64,000 bases of DNA from an uncultured Nitrososphaerales archaeon (GTDB lineage: Archaea > Thermoproteota > Nitrososphaeria > Nitrososphaerales > Nitrososphaeraceae), in assembly GCA_963695855.1 (NCBI GenBank), contig CAVOHZ010000010.1:1504001-1568000 (forward strand). Direction: 5' to 3'. The position numbers were made by a program, and so were the translations under genes. Each line of letters opens with the position of its first letter. Positions within the stretch are counted from its first letter, which is position 1. Of this stretch, positions 1 through 10,239 are shown piece after piece. The notes below the pieces were generated by a model. The model was not told the DNA's origin and made no database searches. It saw only the letters and a program-made list of their open reading frames with translations.

Positions 1-331
1 TTAGATATGGACCAAGTTATCAAGATAAAGAACAAATCTATAGCAAGCTGTAAGAGGAAGTTAAAATAGTGAAACTCGACTCTATAATTTTAATGTTTAA
101 CTATCTACTTTATTTTAATTAATTATTCTATTTTTTTTATTTTCAATATCTATGCATCCAAAATTAAGTGTCTAAAACTATTTGATTTAAGGTAATAGTA
201 GTATTCCCACTGTTGAATAAGAGTAAAAGTCTAAGTTTATGTCTATATATGTTAACAAAATTAAAAATTGAAAATAATAAATTAATTGATTAATATATTA
301 TTCTATGTTTTTGATGCATCTTCATTTGGAT

Positions 332-1306
332 TTAGTAGTGAAAGATGGTATCTCCAATAGTTTTTTTCCAATCAGAACGGATCCCTGGTCTTCCCTTCAA
401 TTTTTCTACGTAGTTAAATGCAGATAAGCCAGCTGCAGCTCCATCTCCGCATGCAGCTACAATCTGTTTATATCGTATATTCGTCGCATCTCCAGCAGCA
501 AATATCGCTGGATGTACAGTTTTTTCTCCGTCCATTATCTCTATCTCTCCTTTTGTGTTAATCTTGACCAAATGTTTCACAAAATCCAAATTTATTTTTG
601 AACCCATTTCAATAAATAATCCATCTATACTGATGGTTTTTTCAGCTCCCATGCTATCCAGAAGAGTTATCTGCTGAATGGTATTATTTCCAGAGATTGA
701 TTTAATAGATGTATTGGGAAACAATTCAACATTTTCTTTTTTTTCAATAGATGCTATCATATCTTTATCTCCTCCTAGTTTTCCTCCTCTGTAAATCAAA
801 TAAACTTTAGACGCCATTCTTGAAAGTAATATACCTGATTCCAGTAGATAACCACCTACTCCAACTGCTGCAGTAACTCTTCCTTGATAAAATGGTCCAT
901 CACATTTCGTACAATAATGTACACCTTTATTTGCTAACTTATTTTCATTTTCTAAACCTAAATTATTTGGGACCTTTCCTGGTGCTAGTACTACTGCTTT
1001 TGCTACATATTCTGAACGTATTGTTTTAATTTTTAAGCCATCTTCAAATTCATCAATTCTCTCTACGGTGTCATATGTTATTTCACCGCCAAAAGTTAGA
1101 AATTGATTTTCTAGAGTTCTTGCAAGCAACGGTCCGCTTGACATGATTGTGCCAGGATAGTTTTCAAGTTTTGGGATTAAATTAAGTTGACCTCCAAGAT
1201 CTTTTGATATTATTAAACAAGATGTTCTTTGTCTAGCAACAAAAATACCTGCAGACAAACCAGCAGGTCCTGCTCCAACCACCACTATTTCATATTCTTG
1301 AGTCAT
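332..1306 (-). CDS. trxB: Thioredoxin reductase (FAD/NAD(P)H disulfide oxidoreductase)
   Basis: GAGPAG FAD motif, ENYPG, redox CTKC (CxxC), FAAGD motif. Confidence 0.9.
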   Translation of the reverse strand: MTQEYEIVVVGAGPAGLSAGIFVARQRTSCLIISKDLGGQLNLIPKLENYPGTIMSSGPLLARTLENQFLTFGGEITYDTVERIDEFEDGLKIKTIRSEYVAKAVVLAPGKVPNNLGLENENKLANKGVHYCTKCDGPFYQGRVTAAVGVGGYLLESGILLSRMASKVYLIYRGGKLGGDKDMIASIEKKENVELFPNTSIKSISGNNTIQQITLLDSMGAEKTISIDGLFIEMGSKINLDFVKHLVKINTKGEIEIMDGEKTVHPAIFAAGDATNIRYKQIVAACGDGAAAGLSAFNYVEKLKGRPGIRSDWKKTIGDTIFHY

Positions 1307-1310
1307 GTTA

Positions 1311-1541
1311 CTATGACACCGAGATTAACGTTGTAAGATTACTAATTCCATCAATACCGTGAAGATGCACATCTATTGAATTTTTCAACTCTTGCATATC
1401 AGATGATTCTAAAATTATTAAAACATCATAAATTCCATATGTTATTTTTACTGTTTTGACAGTAGGAATTTTCTTTACTTCTTCAATGAGTTTTTTTTGT
1501 TTTTTATAATCTACATTTAATAGAACATATGCTTCATTCAT
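1311..1541 (-). CDS. Lrp/AsnC ligand-binding-domain protein
   Basis: 76 aa, AYVLLN...TYGIYDV...TTLI pattern of stand-alone RAM domains. Confidence 0.85.
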   Translation of the reverse strand: MNEAYVLLNVDYKKQKKLIEEVKKIPTVKTVKITYGIYDVLIILESSDMQELKNSIDVHLHGIDGISNLTTLISVS

Positions 1542-2405
1542 CTAATTGTCTTTTATTTATTTTCTCTATTTCAACTTTGTCATCTTGGAGATTTATTTTT
1601 TACATTGTTCTGCATTGCATAACAAAATATTTTAATTATAAGAAGTTTGAAATAAAACAGCTCTTAATTTTTAAATGGTAATAACTAAAAAGTATGTTTT
1701 ACACTTTGAAATAACTGAGAGTGGAGGATCTAATCTGGGAAAATAACAGTAAGATTAAAGATTGAAGTATTTTTAAACTTGAACTTGTTGATACTGTAAT
1801 TTCCTCAATTAAGAACATAGGATTTGAAACAACATTGTATGAGTGTAAAGGTGATGGAAAAGAGAAACAAAAAGTGAGAGCAGGGGGTAGTAGTCAGGTA
1901 ATAGAATTAGGGTATTGAACTAGATCAATCTCTGTAAGTATAGTTAATTGGTATAGACTTTCTGAATTATTGGACGAAATCAAAAAAACTAATACATATT
2001 TAATGCTAAAATAGGCGTGATAGCGATTTATCCGATGGATGCTTTAATGCATATGCAATTTTTTTGTAGAAAATAGATACTAAATATATCTCAAATTTAT
2101 TTTTAATATTAAGTCACTTGTCTAAATATACTATTTTTCGTTTTACTAATAGACCATCACTCGTAACAAAATAGATATTTCTTTTTCATTTACAAAACAT
2201 CAATCCTAAATAAGATTCTCTAGCACATATTGGTACTATTGGATATAATAATATAAAATAACTCATTATTGATCTAAAAGTTAGAAGGTCATTAATAATT
2301 AAATTGAACAGAATCTTTGTAGATACTTATCTTAATAAATTTTCATAGTATAATTTGTATTGTTTAATGCATAAATAATATAAAGATAAAGTTAATAGTT
2401 GATTT

Positions 2406-2720
2406 ATGGTAAAATTCATGGTAGGAAAAAAATCTGATCTTCCAGAAGGGAAGATGACCCATATAACTGCAGGGGGTAAAGAGATTCTTGTAGCTAACGT
2501 TGAGGGGGCTTATTATGCAATTGGTAATATCTGTACTCACGCAGGCGCAGAACTACATGAAGGTGAATTAGAAGGTAAAGAATTAAGATGTCCCTGGCAT
2601 GGTTCAAAATGGGACGTGACTAACGGGAATCTTATATGGTTTCCACAGAACCTGAAATCGGTTGGTTCATATCCTACAAGTATAGAAAATGATACAATTT
2701 ATGTAGATGTAGAAGTCTAG
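2406..2720 (+). CDS. Rieske-type [2Fe-2S] ferredoxin
   Basis: CTH...CPWHGS Rieske ligand motifs. Confidence 0.92.
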   Translation: MVKFMVGKKSDLPEGKMTHITAGGKEILVANVEGAYYAIGNICTHAGAELHEGELEGKELRCPWHGSKWDVTNGNLIWFPQNLKSVGSYPTSIENDTIYVDVEV

Positions 2721-2804
2721 GGTATCATTATATTTTAGAACCTTCTTCATTTTTATTCTGGAGATATAATATCAGTTTATATATCATTTTTTTTCAATCG
2801 TTCT

Positions 2805-3344
2805 ATGGAAATTCTACAAGAAAGAGATCTAGCTAGATATCTTTTTAATCAGTATACAATTAATCCTAAAAACTGGAATTTTATTATCTCAACATCACCT
2901 ATTCGTAATTCTTTCTTTGATGCTTTAATCTCAAATTCTAATGAAGTGTGGCAATTAAAGATAGACTCACTCTACAAACCAAACCCTATGATTATGGGCG
3001 CAAAGGTTGATAACGATCCTTCAAAGCTTGAAAAGAAGATAAGTAATAGATCTCATTTTGGATATAGAAGTCTTGAGACAAGTACAATTATGAATTTTCT
3101 TAAAAATCTATCAGAAGAACAAAATAATAATTCTGTAAAAGACGATGACATCAATATACGTCTTCATTCTTTGTTGTCATCATTGGAACCGGTTAAACCT
3201 ATCAGGGGGAAAAACTACTTATGCGGCCCATTCATTTTTACAGAAAAAAAACTTAAATTCGATAATAATCATGATAAAATATCAGAAACGATCTCCTCTA
3301 AAATGAAAGAAAAGTTAAGAAGAAAATATTCTTCTTATGGCTAG
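2805..3344 (+). CDS. Hypothetical protein
   Basis: 179-aa ORF with ATG start, no motif recognised. Confidence 0.65.
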   Translation: MEILQERDLARYLFNQYTINPKNWNFIISTSPIRNSFFDALISNSNEVWQLKIDSLYKPNPMIMGAKVDNDPSKLEKKISNRSHFGYRSLETSTIMNFLKNLSEEQNNNSVKDDDINIRLHSLLSSLEPVKPIRGKNYLCGPFIFTEKKLKFDNNHDKISETISSKMKEKLRRKYSSYG

Positions 3345-3389
3345 TCATTATACATATTTTCTGTGAACTCATTTTCTCTTTTTAAATTA

Positions 3390-4010
3390 TTAGGTTTCAT
3401 TTAACAATTTTCTATTTTGTCTCCATTTCATCAACAGGTATGTAATTGTTAGCAATATTCCAGCCAGTAAAATTGTTGTTATATCTTGTTTATTAATATG
3501 AAATGAACAAATGGAATCTTCAGAATAACAACTTAAACTAAAAAATAATATATTCCATATTGAATGAGCCGTTATTGCAAACCATCCCTTTCTACTTATC
3601 CATGTTCTTAGGCTATAGAATAATGATGGTATTACAAATAACCAGTTGGCATATGCTAATTGATTTATGTCTGTGGGAAATGTATTAATAATATGTAACA
3701 TAGCCCAGATTATTCCTCCTGCCAAAGTCACTACATTATTCCCAAATAAATAAAATGGAATTCCAAAAAAAAGTGACTCCTCAATCGGACCTGCCATAAT
3801 AACCGGAATCAATGAATGAGGGATAGATGATTCTTCATAATCAAAGATATTATCTATAATAGATGTTCCTATTAATAAGCCAATTATTCCTATACCATGA
3901 TAAAAAAGGAACATCAAAGTCAAGTATCCTGCCGATGTATTTTGATAAATCGATGTCCAATTTCTTGGATTGATATCTTGATAGAAGGTATATATAAATT
4001 TGTTAAGCAT
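3390..4010 (-). CDS. CPBP/Abi (CAAX protease-like) membrane metalloprotease
   Basis: GPIEESLF, WAMLH and AHSIWN motifs; several TM helices. Confidence 0.8.
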   Translation of the reverse strand: MLNKFIYTFYQDINPRNWTSIYQNTSAGYLTLMFLFYHGIGIIGLLIGTSIIDNIFDYEESSIPHSLIPVIMAGPIEESLFFGIPFYLFGNNVVTLAGGIIWAMLHIINTFPTDINQLAYANWLFVIPSLFYSLRTWISRKGWFAITAHSIWNILFFSLSCYSEDSICSFHINKQDITTILLAGILLTITYLLMKWRQNRKLLNET

Positions 4011-4133
4011 GATCTTGATAAATCTTGAAATTAATTACCTATATAAAATTTCAAGATATACTAGTATCTCCTAAGCATTACTATCATGAATTTAATCGAT
4101 AAATATAACAATAATTTATTATATGTATATAAA

Positions 4134-4349
4134 ATGAAATATCTTGTTACAGTTAGTTTTAACTCTTCACATTTTTTTCATGTAGAAAATAATGAGATCA
4201 AAATTTCATTAAAATCTAAACCAGAATTAGGAAAGGCAAATAGAGAATTAATAAAGTCATTATCAGAACACTTCAACGTCTCTACCAATAAAATAAAAAT
4301 ATTATCAGGATTCTCTACAAGGAATAAAGTAGTGGAGATTTTATTCTAA
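4134..4349 (+). CDS. DUF167 family protein
   Basis: PELGKANRELI...ILSGFSTRNK motif; start moved to the ATG at 4134. Confidence 0.8.
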   Translation: MKYLVTVSFNSSHFFHVENNEIKISLKSKPELGKANRELIKSLSEHFNVSTNKIKILSGFSTRNKVVEILF

Positions 4350-4431
4350 TCAAATAATTCCGTATCTACATTTTAATTATTTGAATACAATTAGAAACAA
4401 AGTAAATTATAACTGTTAATTGAGCCTCTAA

Positions 4432-4857
4432 TTGGCAATGAAATCAATTACAAGATATTTGACTTTGAACACATCAAAAAGAATGGAATTGATAAATATT
4501 ACATCGCAAGTAAGAAAGGCTGTTGAAGAAAGTCAAGTCAAGGAAGGATTGTGTCTTGTAAATGCAATGCATATTTCTGCTAGTGTTTTCATTAACGATA
4601 ATGAAAACGGACTTCATTATGATTTTGAAAAATGGTTAGAAAAATTGGCACCTCATAATCCAATTGAACAATATAAGCATAATGATACAGGAGAAGATAA
4701 TGCTGACGCACATTTAAAACGCCAGGTAATGGGACGTGAAGTAGTTGTAGCAATTACAAGTGGAAAACTAGATTTTGGTCCTTGGGAACAAATTTTCTAT
4801 GGCGAGTTTGATGGACAGAGACCAAAAAGAGTATTAATCAAAGTATTGGGCGAATAA
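4432..4857 (+). CDS. yjbQ: YjbQ/UPF0047 family protein
   Basis: [25 protein letters not shown] motifs. Confidence 0.9.
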   Translation: MAMKSITRYLTLNTSKRMELINITSQVRKAVEESQVKEGLCLVNAMHISASVFINDNENGLHYDFEKWLEKLAPHNPIEQYKHNDTGEDNADAHLKRQVMGREVVVAITSGKLDFGPWEQIFYGEFDGQRPKRVLIKVLGE

Positions 4858-5317
4858 AAGATTGTGAAATCTATTAAATTATTTTTATTCAATTTTGATA
4901 GAAAAAAATTGAACGTGGAAATCATATATTTTTATAGTATAATATACACAAAAAATAATTTGTTAATTTTTGATATATGTTAATTTTTGGTGATGTTAAT
5001 ACTTCTAGTAAATGATTCTAGGTATTTATTTTCAAATTTTAGGTGCTTTAACAAATACAAGTATATTAATTGTTATTTGATCAGATTTATTGGGAATGCT
5101 TATCTTTCTGTTCTCAATTTGCTGTAATTTATATATTTTATATCTTCATGTACAACTTAGACTTCATAATTTGTTTTAATTGGCATTTTCTATGCTGATT
5201 TTTAAGTATTTATCATATCATATGATCTGATCGTTTCTGTTTCTCGTTTAACACTTTGGTATTTGTTTTTCTATTACCCAAGATCGACTGTGCATTTATT
5301 CAGAATTCAATTTGTAT

Positions 5318-5590
5318 CTATGAATCAAATTCATTTCTTGGAATTTCATTTTTATCTAAAAGTAATTTTCTAAAATCTTTACTTATTGACGCCCTTTCCC
5401 AAAATCTTGTTTGATTGTTTTCAGTTTTTTTTATCCATATTATATTTCCATCAAGATCAACTTCTATTATCTTTGATCTGACAAGATACTTGAAAATTGT
5501 ATTTACCTTTATGGAGTTTAAATTACCTCTCAAGATTTTTTGAAGATCTCTGACCTTAGTGTATTCTTTTGATTGCTGTATTGTATTCAA
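5318..5590 (-). CDS. Small hypothetical protein (possible winged helix)
   Basis: 90-aa ORF with TTG start, basic; no firm motif. Confidence 0.45.
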   Translation of the reverse strand: MNTIQQSKEYTKVRDLQKILRGNLNSIKVNTIFKYLVRSKIIEVDLDGNIIWIKKTENNQTRFWERASISKDFRKLLLDKNEIPRNEFDS

Positions 5591-5779
5591 GAATAGAGTA
5601 ATATCTTCTTGTTTAATCTCATTTACTGGATCCTTTTTATTTATTTTCCTATTTTTTATATTATCATAATTTGTGATGTCATTATAAAATCCTATTGAAA
5701 AGTTGTTATTCTTGATGATGTTTATATTTCAAATATCTCGATAGATAATATAATTAATTCAAATTACTAGAAAATAATA

Positions 5780-6100
5780 TTAAAGATTTTTAAGGTTAGA
5801 TTCCATATTATTTGCCAACCATTCGTAGTATTTTCTCTGTTTTCCAATTTATTCGAACTTGTCATTTTCAATTCTTTCTAACACATTATTTATATTGTGT
5901 GATTGTGCGGATAATAGAGTATCTGCCATAACGAACAGTCTTAGATTTTCTTTCATCAAATGACTAGAAACATGGTTTAAATAATTTTGGATATTCTCAA
6001 TCAATTTATTCGGGTCGTCATTCTGTATGTATTCTATCATTGAGGATTCTATTTTTTCTGCTATTTTGATAGTCAATTCATGTTCAAATAATTTTGAAAA
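5780..6100 (-). pseudogene. Hemerythrin-like domain remnant (C-terminal half)
   Basis: In-frame LFEHEL...HLMKENLRLFVMA resembles the HHE motifs; stop just upstream, premature stop at 5849 and a frameshifted tail (KYYEWLANNME). Confidence 0.55.
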
Positions 6101-6126
6101 CTAAAAATAATACCTCACGAGTTAAC

Positions 6127-6931
6127 TAATAACTTTAACACTAACAACAAATACAAAAAAATAAAAAAAGAGTGGATTGAAGTCTTTTTTTCTATGGAAT
6201 GGATCTGCTGTACAGTTTTCCTTCCAATGCTAGCTTGTACATCTCTGCTACATACGGGTTCTTTCCTGGTGTTTCAGCACCAAGTTCTACTAGACGTGCA
6301 TATACTCTTACTACATAAGCAAGAGCACCCATGAAAGCCACAACGACTCCCATGTTAAACATCCAGTGGTTAGGAACAGAAAATATTTCTTCTACGAACC
6401 AGAAGTGCCACATTTCGTTGATACCAATGGTAAACATTGTAGCCAAGTAACCAATTATGGTTATCTTTAATCCTGTATTCATAGAATTGTTTGGACCTCT
6501 CAGGACAGGAACTCTTCTGTCGTACATTGCGACAAATCCCCATCCTAATGGTAATGCAATAAAGTGACTGTATAACCACCAATGAGCTGGTGTGAATGCA
6601 CTATCCCTAATAGCTGTCTGATGTAAAGAACCATCAACGAAGTTATCAACTTCTACTGATGCAGCGATAGAACCTAACATAATGACCATTATGTAGATCT
6701 TTTTCAGTCTTTGAATTTCTACTTCTTTTGGTATTAGAGCGGGCATCTGAGCCATATCGATTTGATCACTCTTTACTTCTTGAAAGTATAATTTAAACAT
6801 GTATCGGAAAAAACAACGAGTAAAAATGTAAAATATAGACAAAAATAAAATAAAATTGTAAAATTTTTAATTTTATAGAATATAAAGTATAGATTTTAAT
6901 ACGGAGCTCTGCTTATCACTAATGCTTATCA
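6127..6931 (-). repeat. 805-bp inverted repeat, arm 1 (amoC cassette: upstream region, gene, terminator)
   Basis: Reverse complement of 10064-10868; both edges checked base by base; translations in two frames are identical. Confidence 0.95.
6192..6755 (-). CDS. amoC: Ammonia monooxygenase subunit C (copy 1), 187 aa
   Basis: MAQMPALIPKEVEIQRLKK start; DGSLHQ...DSAFTPAH and INEMWHFWF motifs of archaeal AmoC; true start at the ATG at 6755. Confidence 0.97.
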   Translation of the reverse strand: MAQMPALIPKEVEIQRLKKIYIMVIMLGSIAASVEVDNFVDGSLHQTAIRDSAFTPAHWWLYSHFIALPLGWGFVAMYDRRVPVLRGPNNSMNTGLKITIIGYLATMFTIGINEMWHFWFVEEIFSVPNHWMFNMGVVVAFMGALAYVVRVYARLVELGAETPGKNPYVAEMYKLALEGKLYSRSIP

Positions 6932-7052
6932 TTACTGATGATCAACATGCAAATTTCCTTCATTCAATAATATTGCTTATTGATTTAAAGCTCCTGTATT
7001 TATTACCTTATGTTATAAAATTTTAGATTGGAATTACTTTTATATTCAAATA

Positions 7053-8651
7053 TTAATAACCCAGATTCTTAAGAATGCCTTCTCGGTCAATATTTCTAAC
7101 ATGAATTTTTCCTGATTTAGAAACATAATCTGGTATTCCTATTCCAGCAGCTAAAATAGGAGTTCTATTTATTGAATGTGGCAGAAAAAAGTTTGTCACT
7201 TCATCATCATAAAAAGTAGAACCAGATGCACCTAATCCTTGTGCATAAGCAGCAAGATATATCTTTCCTAATCGTATTCCACCTTCCAATTGTACGGCTC
7301 TATATCCTCTATTACCTAACTTTTTCAATATTTTATTTATATCAGCCAAAATGAAACAAACAGTACTTGCATCAAAGAGAAGTTTTTGATCTAAACATAG
7401 ATGTTCAGAAGCTGTTCTAAAATCACCAGTTTCAAGTTCATTAAGGGTATTATTAATTTTATCATAGAAATAACTACCCGATTTAATGCCTTCGACAGCA
7501 TTAACAATTAGATAAATATCTATCAAACTATCATCATGTTGAATAAAATCAAATGGAATATTTTTATTTGCAAGGTATAGGATTTTTTCTAGTTGTGATT
7601 GTGTTATTGGTTTCTGAGAAAATTTTCTAGTTGAACCTCTTTGCAAAATCACCTTATATAATGGAGGTCCTGTTTCAAGATTTTCTCTTACAAGACTAAT
7701 TTTATCAGGTTTCTTAGAATATCTTACTGTTTTTAAAATTTCAACCCATTTTTTTACATCATTTTCATATTCTAAATAAGAACCTTCGTGTACCTTCCAT
7801 ATTTGTGGAAAGTTAAGTTCTCCATATCTAGAAATTGGAATGGTATCAAATTTTACATCTAGATTTTCTATATATTTGTTAGAGATTTCTTTTTCCTCTA
7901 TTGTACCTACACCCAATGGAGATAACACAATTGCTGCCTCTTTTCGAGCTGGTAGCGAAATTATTTTGTTGACTAGATCATCTTGAAAACCCACGATGAT
8001 CTCAGTTAATAAAGAATTTGCGTTACACAGAGATAGATAATTGGATATTATTGTTCCAACATCCCAGAACCAATGTCGATATGATCTGTCTTGGTATTTC
8101 CATGAATTTCTCCAAGAAATAGAAGTAAAAATAAGAGTTACAGGAGACGTAATTATTTTTTCATTGTTTCCACAAGCATGATACAGAGTGGATCTATAAT
8201 CACCGCTATGTAATTTGGTTAATGTAAAATCTCCAGGACAAAAATGATATATTCCATCTTCTAGGTCACGTATATGCGTACATGCTAAATAAATTTCAAT
8301 TGGATATAAAGCCCCTGTAGCTGATGCAGATCTCATGTAATAAATTGAATTATTAGTCTTCATTATCCGCGTAATTCCTGCTGAAAGGAATAAAATTTGC
8401 GAAATTCTCATTAAATCTAGTTCATTAGAGGACATATTAGAAAAATTTTGTTCGTTTTGTAAACATGTAATAACGTCATTATCCGCAAGAGGAAAATTGG
8501 ATGGTAAATATAATAAATCTAAATTATTAAAAAATTTAAAGGGTGAAGGTTTATTCTCCCAGTCCAAAAAATGAATGTTTGAATATACAGTAGATGGAGA
8601 ATGTTTCGTAATCTGATGATATTCTTTTGCAATACCGATTTTATTATTCAA
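7053..8651 (-). CDS. SagB/ThcOx-family nitroreductase-like dehydrogenase (two domains)
   Basis: YHQITKH, SATGALYPIEIY, RNSWKY..RSYR, RGSTRKF, RGYR...EGG motifs. Confidence 0.88.
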   Translation of the reverse strand: MNNKIGIAKEYHQITKHSPSTVYSNIHFLDWENKPSPFKFFNNLDLLYLPSNFPLADNDVITCLQNEQNFSNMSSNELDLMRISQILFLSAGITRIMKTNNSIYYMRSASATGALYPIEIYLACTHIRDLEDGIYHFCPGDFTLTKLHSGDYRSTLYHACGNNEKIITSPVTLIFTSISWRNSWKYQDRSYRHWFWDVGTIISNYLSLCNANSLLTEIIVGFQDDLVNKIISLPARKEAAIVLSPLGVGTIEEKEISNKYIENLDVKFDTIPISRYGELNFPQIWKVHEGSYLEYENDVKKWVEILKTVRYSKKPDKISLVRENLETGPPLYKVILQRGSTRKFSQKPITQSQLEKILYLANKNIPFDFIQHDDSLIDIYLIVNAVEGIKSGSYFYDKINNTLNELETGDFRTASEHLCLDQKLLFDASTVCFILADINKILKKLGNRGYRAVQLEGGIRLGKIYLAAYAQGLGASGSTFYDDEVTNFFLPHSINRTPILAAGIGIPDYVSKSGKIHVRNIDREGILKNLGY

Positions 8652-8702
8652 AGGTATATATAATTAAAATTAAAATTTAAAATAATTTTTTAAAAAATTA
8701 TT

Positions 8703-9719
8703 TTATTTGAATAACCCACCAATGCCACCAAATATTTGATCTAAAATGTTCTTTCCTTTTTCTTGAGCTCCTTCAGTAACATTCTTTGCTCCTTCACTAA
8801 TTACTTGACCTGCTTGTTCAGCTCCTTCAGTAACATTCTTTGCTCCTTCACTAATTACTTGACCTGCTTGTTCAGCTCCTTCAGTAACATTCTTTGCTCC
8901 TTCACTAATTACTTGACCTGCTTGTTCAGCTCCTTCAGTAACATTCTTTGCTCCTTCACTAATTACTTGACCTGCTTGTTCAGCTCCTTCAGTAACATTC
9001 TTTGCTCCTTCACTAATTACTTGACCTGCTTGTTCAGCTCCTTCAGTAACATTCTTTGCTCCTTCACTAATTACTTGACCTGCTTGTTCAGCTCCTTCAG
9101 TAACATTCTTTGCTCCTTCACTAATTACTTGACCTGCTTGTTCAGCTCCTTGTTCAGCTCCTTCAGTAACATTCTTTGCTCCTTCACTAATTACTTGACC
9201 TGCTTGTTCAGCTCCTTGTTCAGCTCCTTCAGTAACATTCTTTGCTCCTTCACTAATTACTTGACCTGCTTGTTCAGCTCCTTCAGTAACATTCTTTGCT
9301 CCTTCACTAATTACTTGACCTGCTTGTTCAGCTCCTTCAGTAACATTCTTTGCTCCTTCACTAATTACTTGACCTGCTTGTTCAGCTCCTTCAGTAACAT
9401 TCTTTGCTCCTTCACTAATTACTTGACCTGCTTGTTCAGCTCCTTCAGTAACATTCCCCGTTCCTTCAGTAATTATGCTTTCTGCCTGTTGAGCTGCTCC
9501 TGTCGCAGCAGATTGAGCTCCCTTAGTAATTACGCTTTCTGCCTGTTGAGCTGATGACGTTGCATTTTCTACTAAACTTTCAGCTTCATTCTTTATCCCT
9601 AAATTTTTTTCCAGTATTTCATTAGTAGTGTTTTGCGCAAAAGCTATATGAGAAATTGGTGCTACCAATACCGCAAGAGTTACGATCAAAAGTGTTGAAA
9701 ATATAGTTTTATCTTTCAT
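8703..9719 (-). CDS. Secreted low-complexity repeat protein (LEA-like or glycoprotein candidate)
   Basis: Signal peptide ending AFA-Q, 12 x 18-aa repeat NVTEGAEQAGQVISEGAK, amphipathic C-terminal tail. Confidence 0.85.
   Translation of the reverse strand: MKDKTIFSTLLIVTLAVLVAPISHIAFAQNTTNEILEKNLGIKNEAESLVENATSSAQQAESVITKGAQSAATGAAQQAESIITEGTGNVTEGAEQAGQVISEGAKNVTEGAEQAGQVISEGAKNVTEGAEQAGQVISEGAKNVTEGAEQAGQVISEGAKNVTEGAEQGAEQAGQVISEGAKNVTEGAEQGAEQAGQVISEGAKNVTEGAEQAGQVISEGAKNVTEGAEQAGQVISEGAKNVTEGAEQAGQVISEGAKNVTEGAEQAGQVISEGAKNVTEGAEQAGQVISEGAKNVTEGAEQAGQVISEGAKNVTEGAQEKGKNILDQIFGGIGGLFK
8767..9456. repeat. Coding tandem repeat: 12 perfect 54-bp units plus two 12-bp inserts and a partial unit
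   Basis: Unit gctccttcagtaacattctttgctccttcactaattacttgacctgcttgttca. Confidence 0.95.
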
Positions 9720-10062
9720 AAAAAAAATACAATAAATAATATTATTTATCTCTTTCCAGAGATAAAATACAAGTTTGTTATATGAAATTAAAAAAACGAT
9801 CGGTTATAATCAATGCATTTAGTGAGCTGTATTTTTGTCTTGTTTCATATGGTTACTTATAAAACGGAAATAGTTTCGATATAAATTTTATCGAAAATAG
9901 CTGTAAAATTTACTAAATTATCTGACTATAAAAACTAGCATTACTAGTACTTTTATAACGAATTATAAAAATGAGCTTATTATATTGGAAAATTAAAATT
10001 TATAATTAATAAATACGCTACTTATTCTATAAATAATATGTTGGTATGGCTGCTAATCGTCC

Positions 10063-10085
10063 GTGATAAGCATTAGTGATAAGCA
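10063..10085 (+). promoter_or_regulatory. Direct repeat GTGATAAGCA-tta-GTGATAAGCA upstream of amoC (mirror at 6910-6931)
   Basis: 10-bp motif twice at a 13-bp period, ~155 bp before the amoC ATG. Confidence 0.45.
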
Positions 10086-10197
10086 GAGCTCCGTATTAAA
10101 ATCTATACTTTATATTCTATAAAATTAAAAATTTTACAATTTTATTTTATTTTTGTCTATATTTTACATTTTTACTCGTTGTTTTTTCCGATACATG

Positions 10198-10208
10198 TTT
10201 AAATTATA
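10198..10208 (+). promoter_or_regulatory. Putative TATA box of amoC
   Basis: TTTAAATTATA 32-42 bp upstream of the ATG at 10240. Confidence 0.45.
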
Positions 10209-10239
10209 CTTTCAAGAAGTAAAGAGTGATCAAATCGAT

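Noticed and set aside
1545-2400. Long intergenic region as ncRNA or hidden gene
   Set aside because: No convincing ORF, stem-loop or repeat found by eye.
6756-6842. 29-aa N-terminal extension of AmoC in the ORF track (also 10153-10239)
   Set aside because: TTG-started extension runs through the promoter; archaeal AmoC begins MAQMPAL.
8767-9456. 54-bp repeat array as a CRISPR array
   Set aside because: Units are contiguous with no unique spacers, are in frame within a signal-peptide ORF, and no cas genes are present.
8763-9554. 263-aa plus-strand ORF
   Set aside because: Antisense shadow of the repeat gene; open only because the repeat unit has no stop in that frame.
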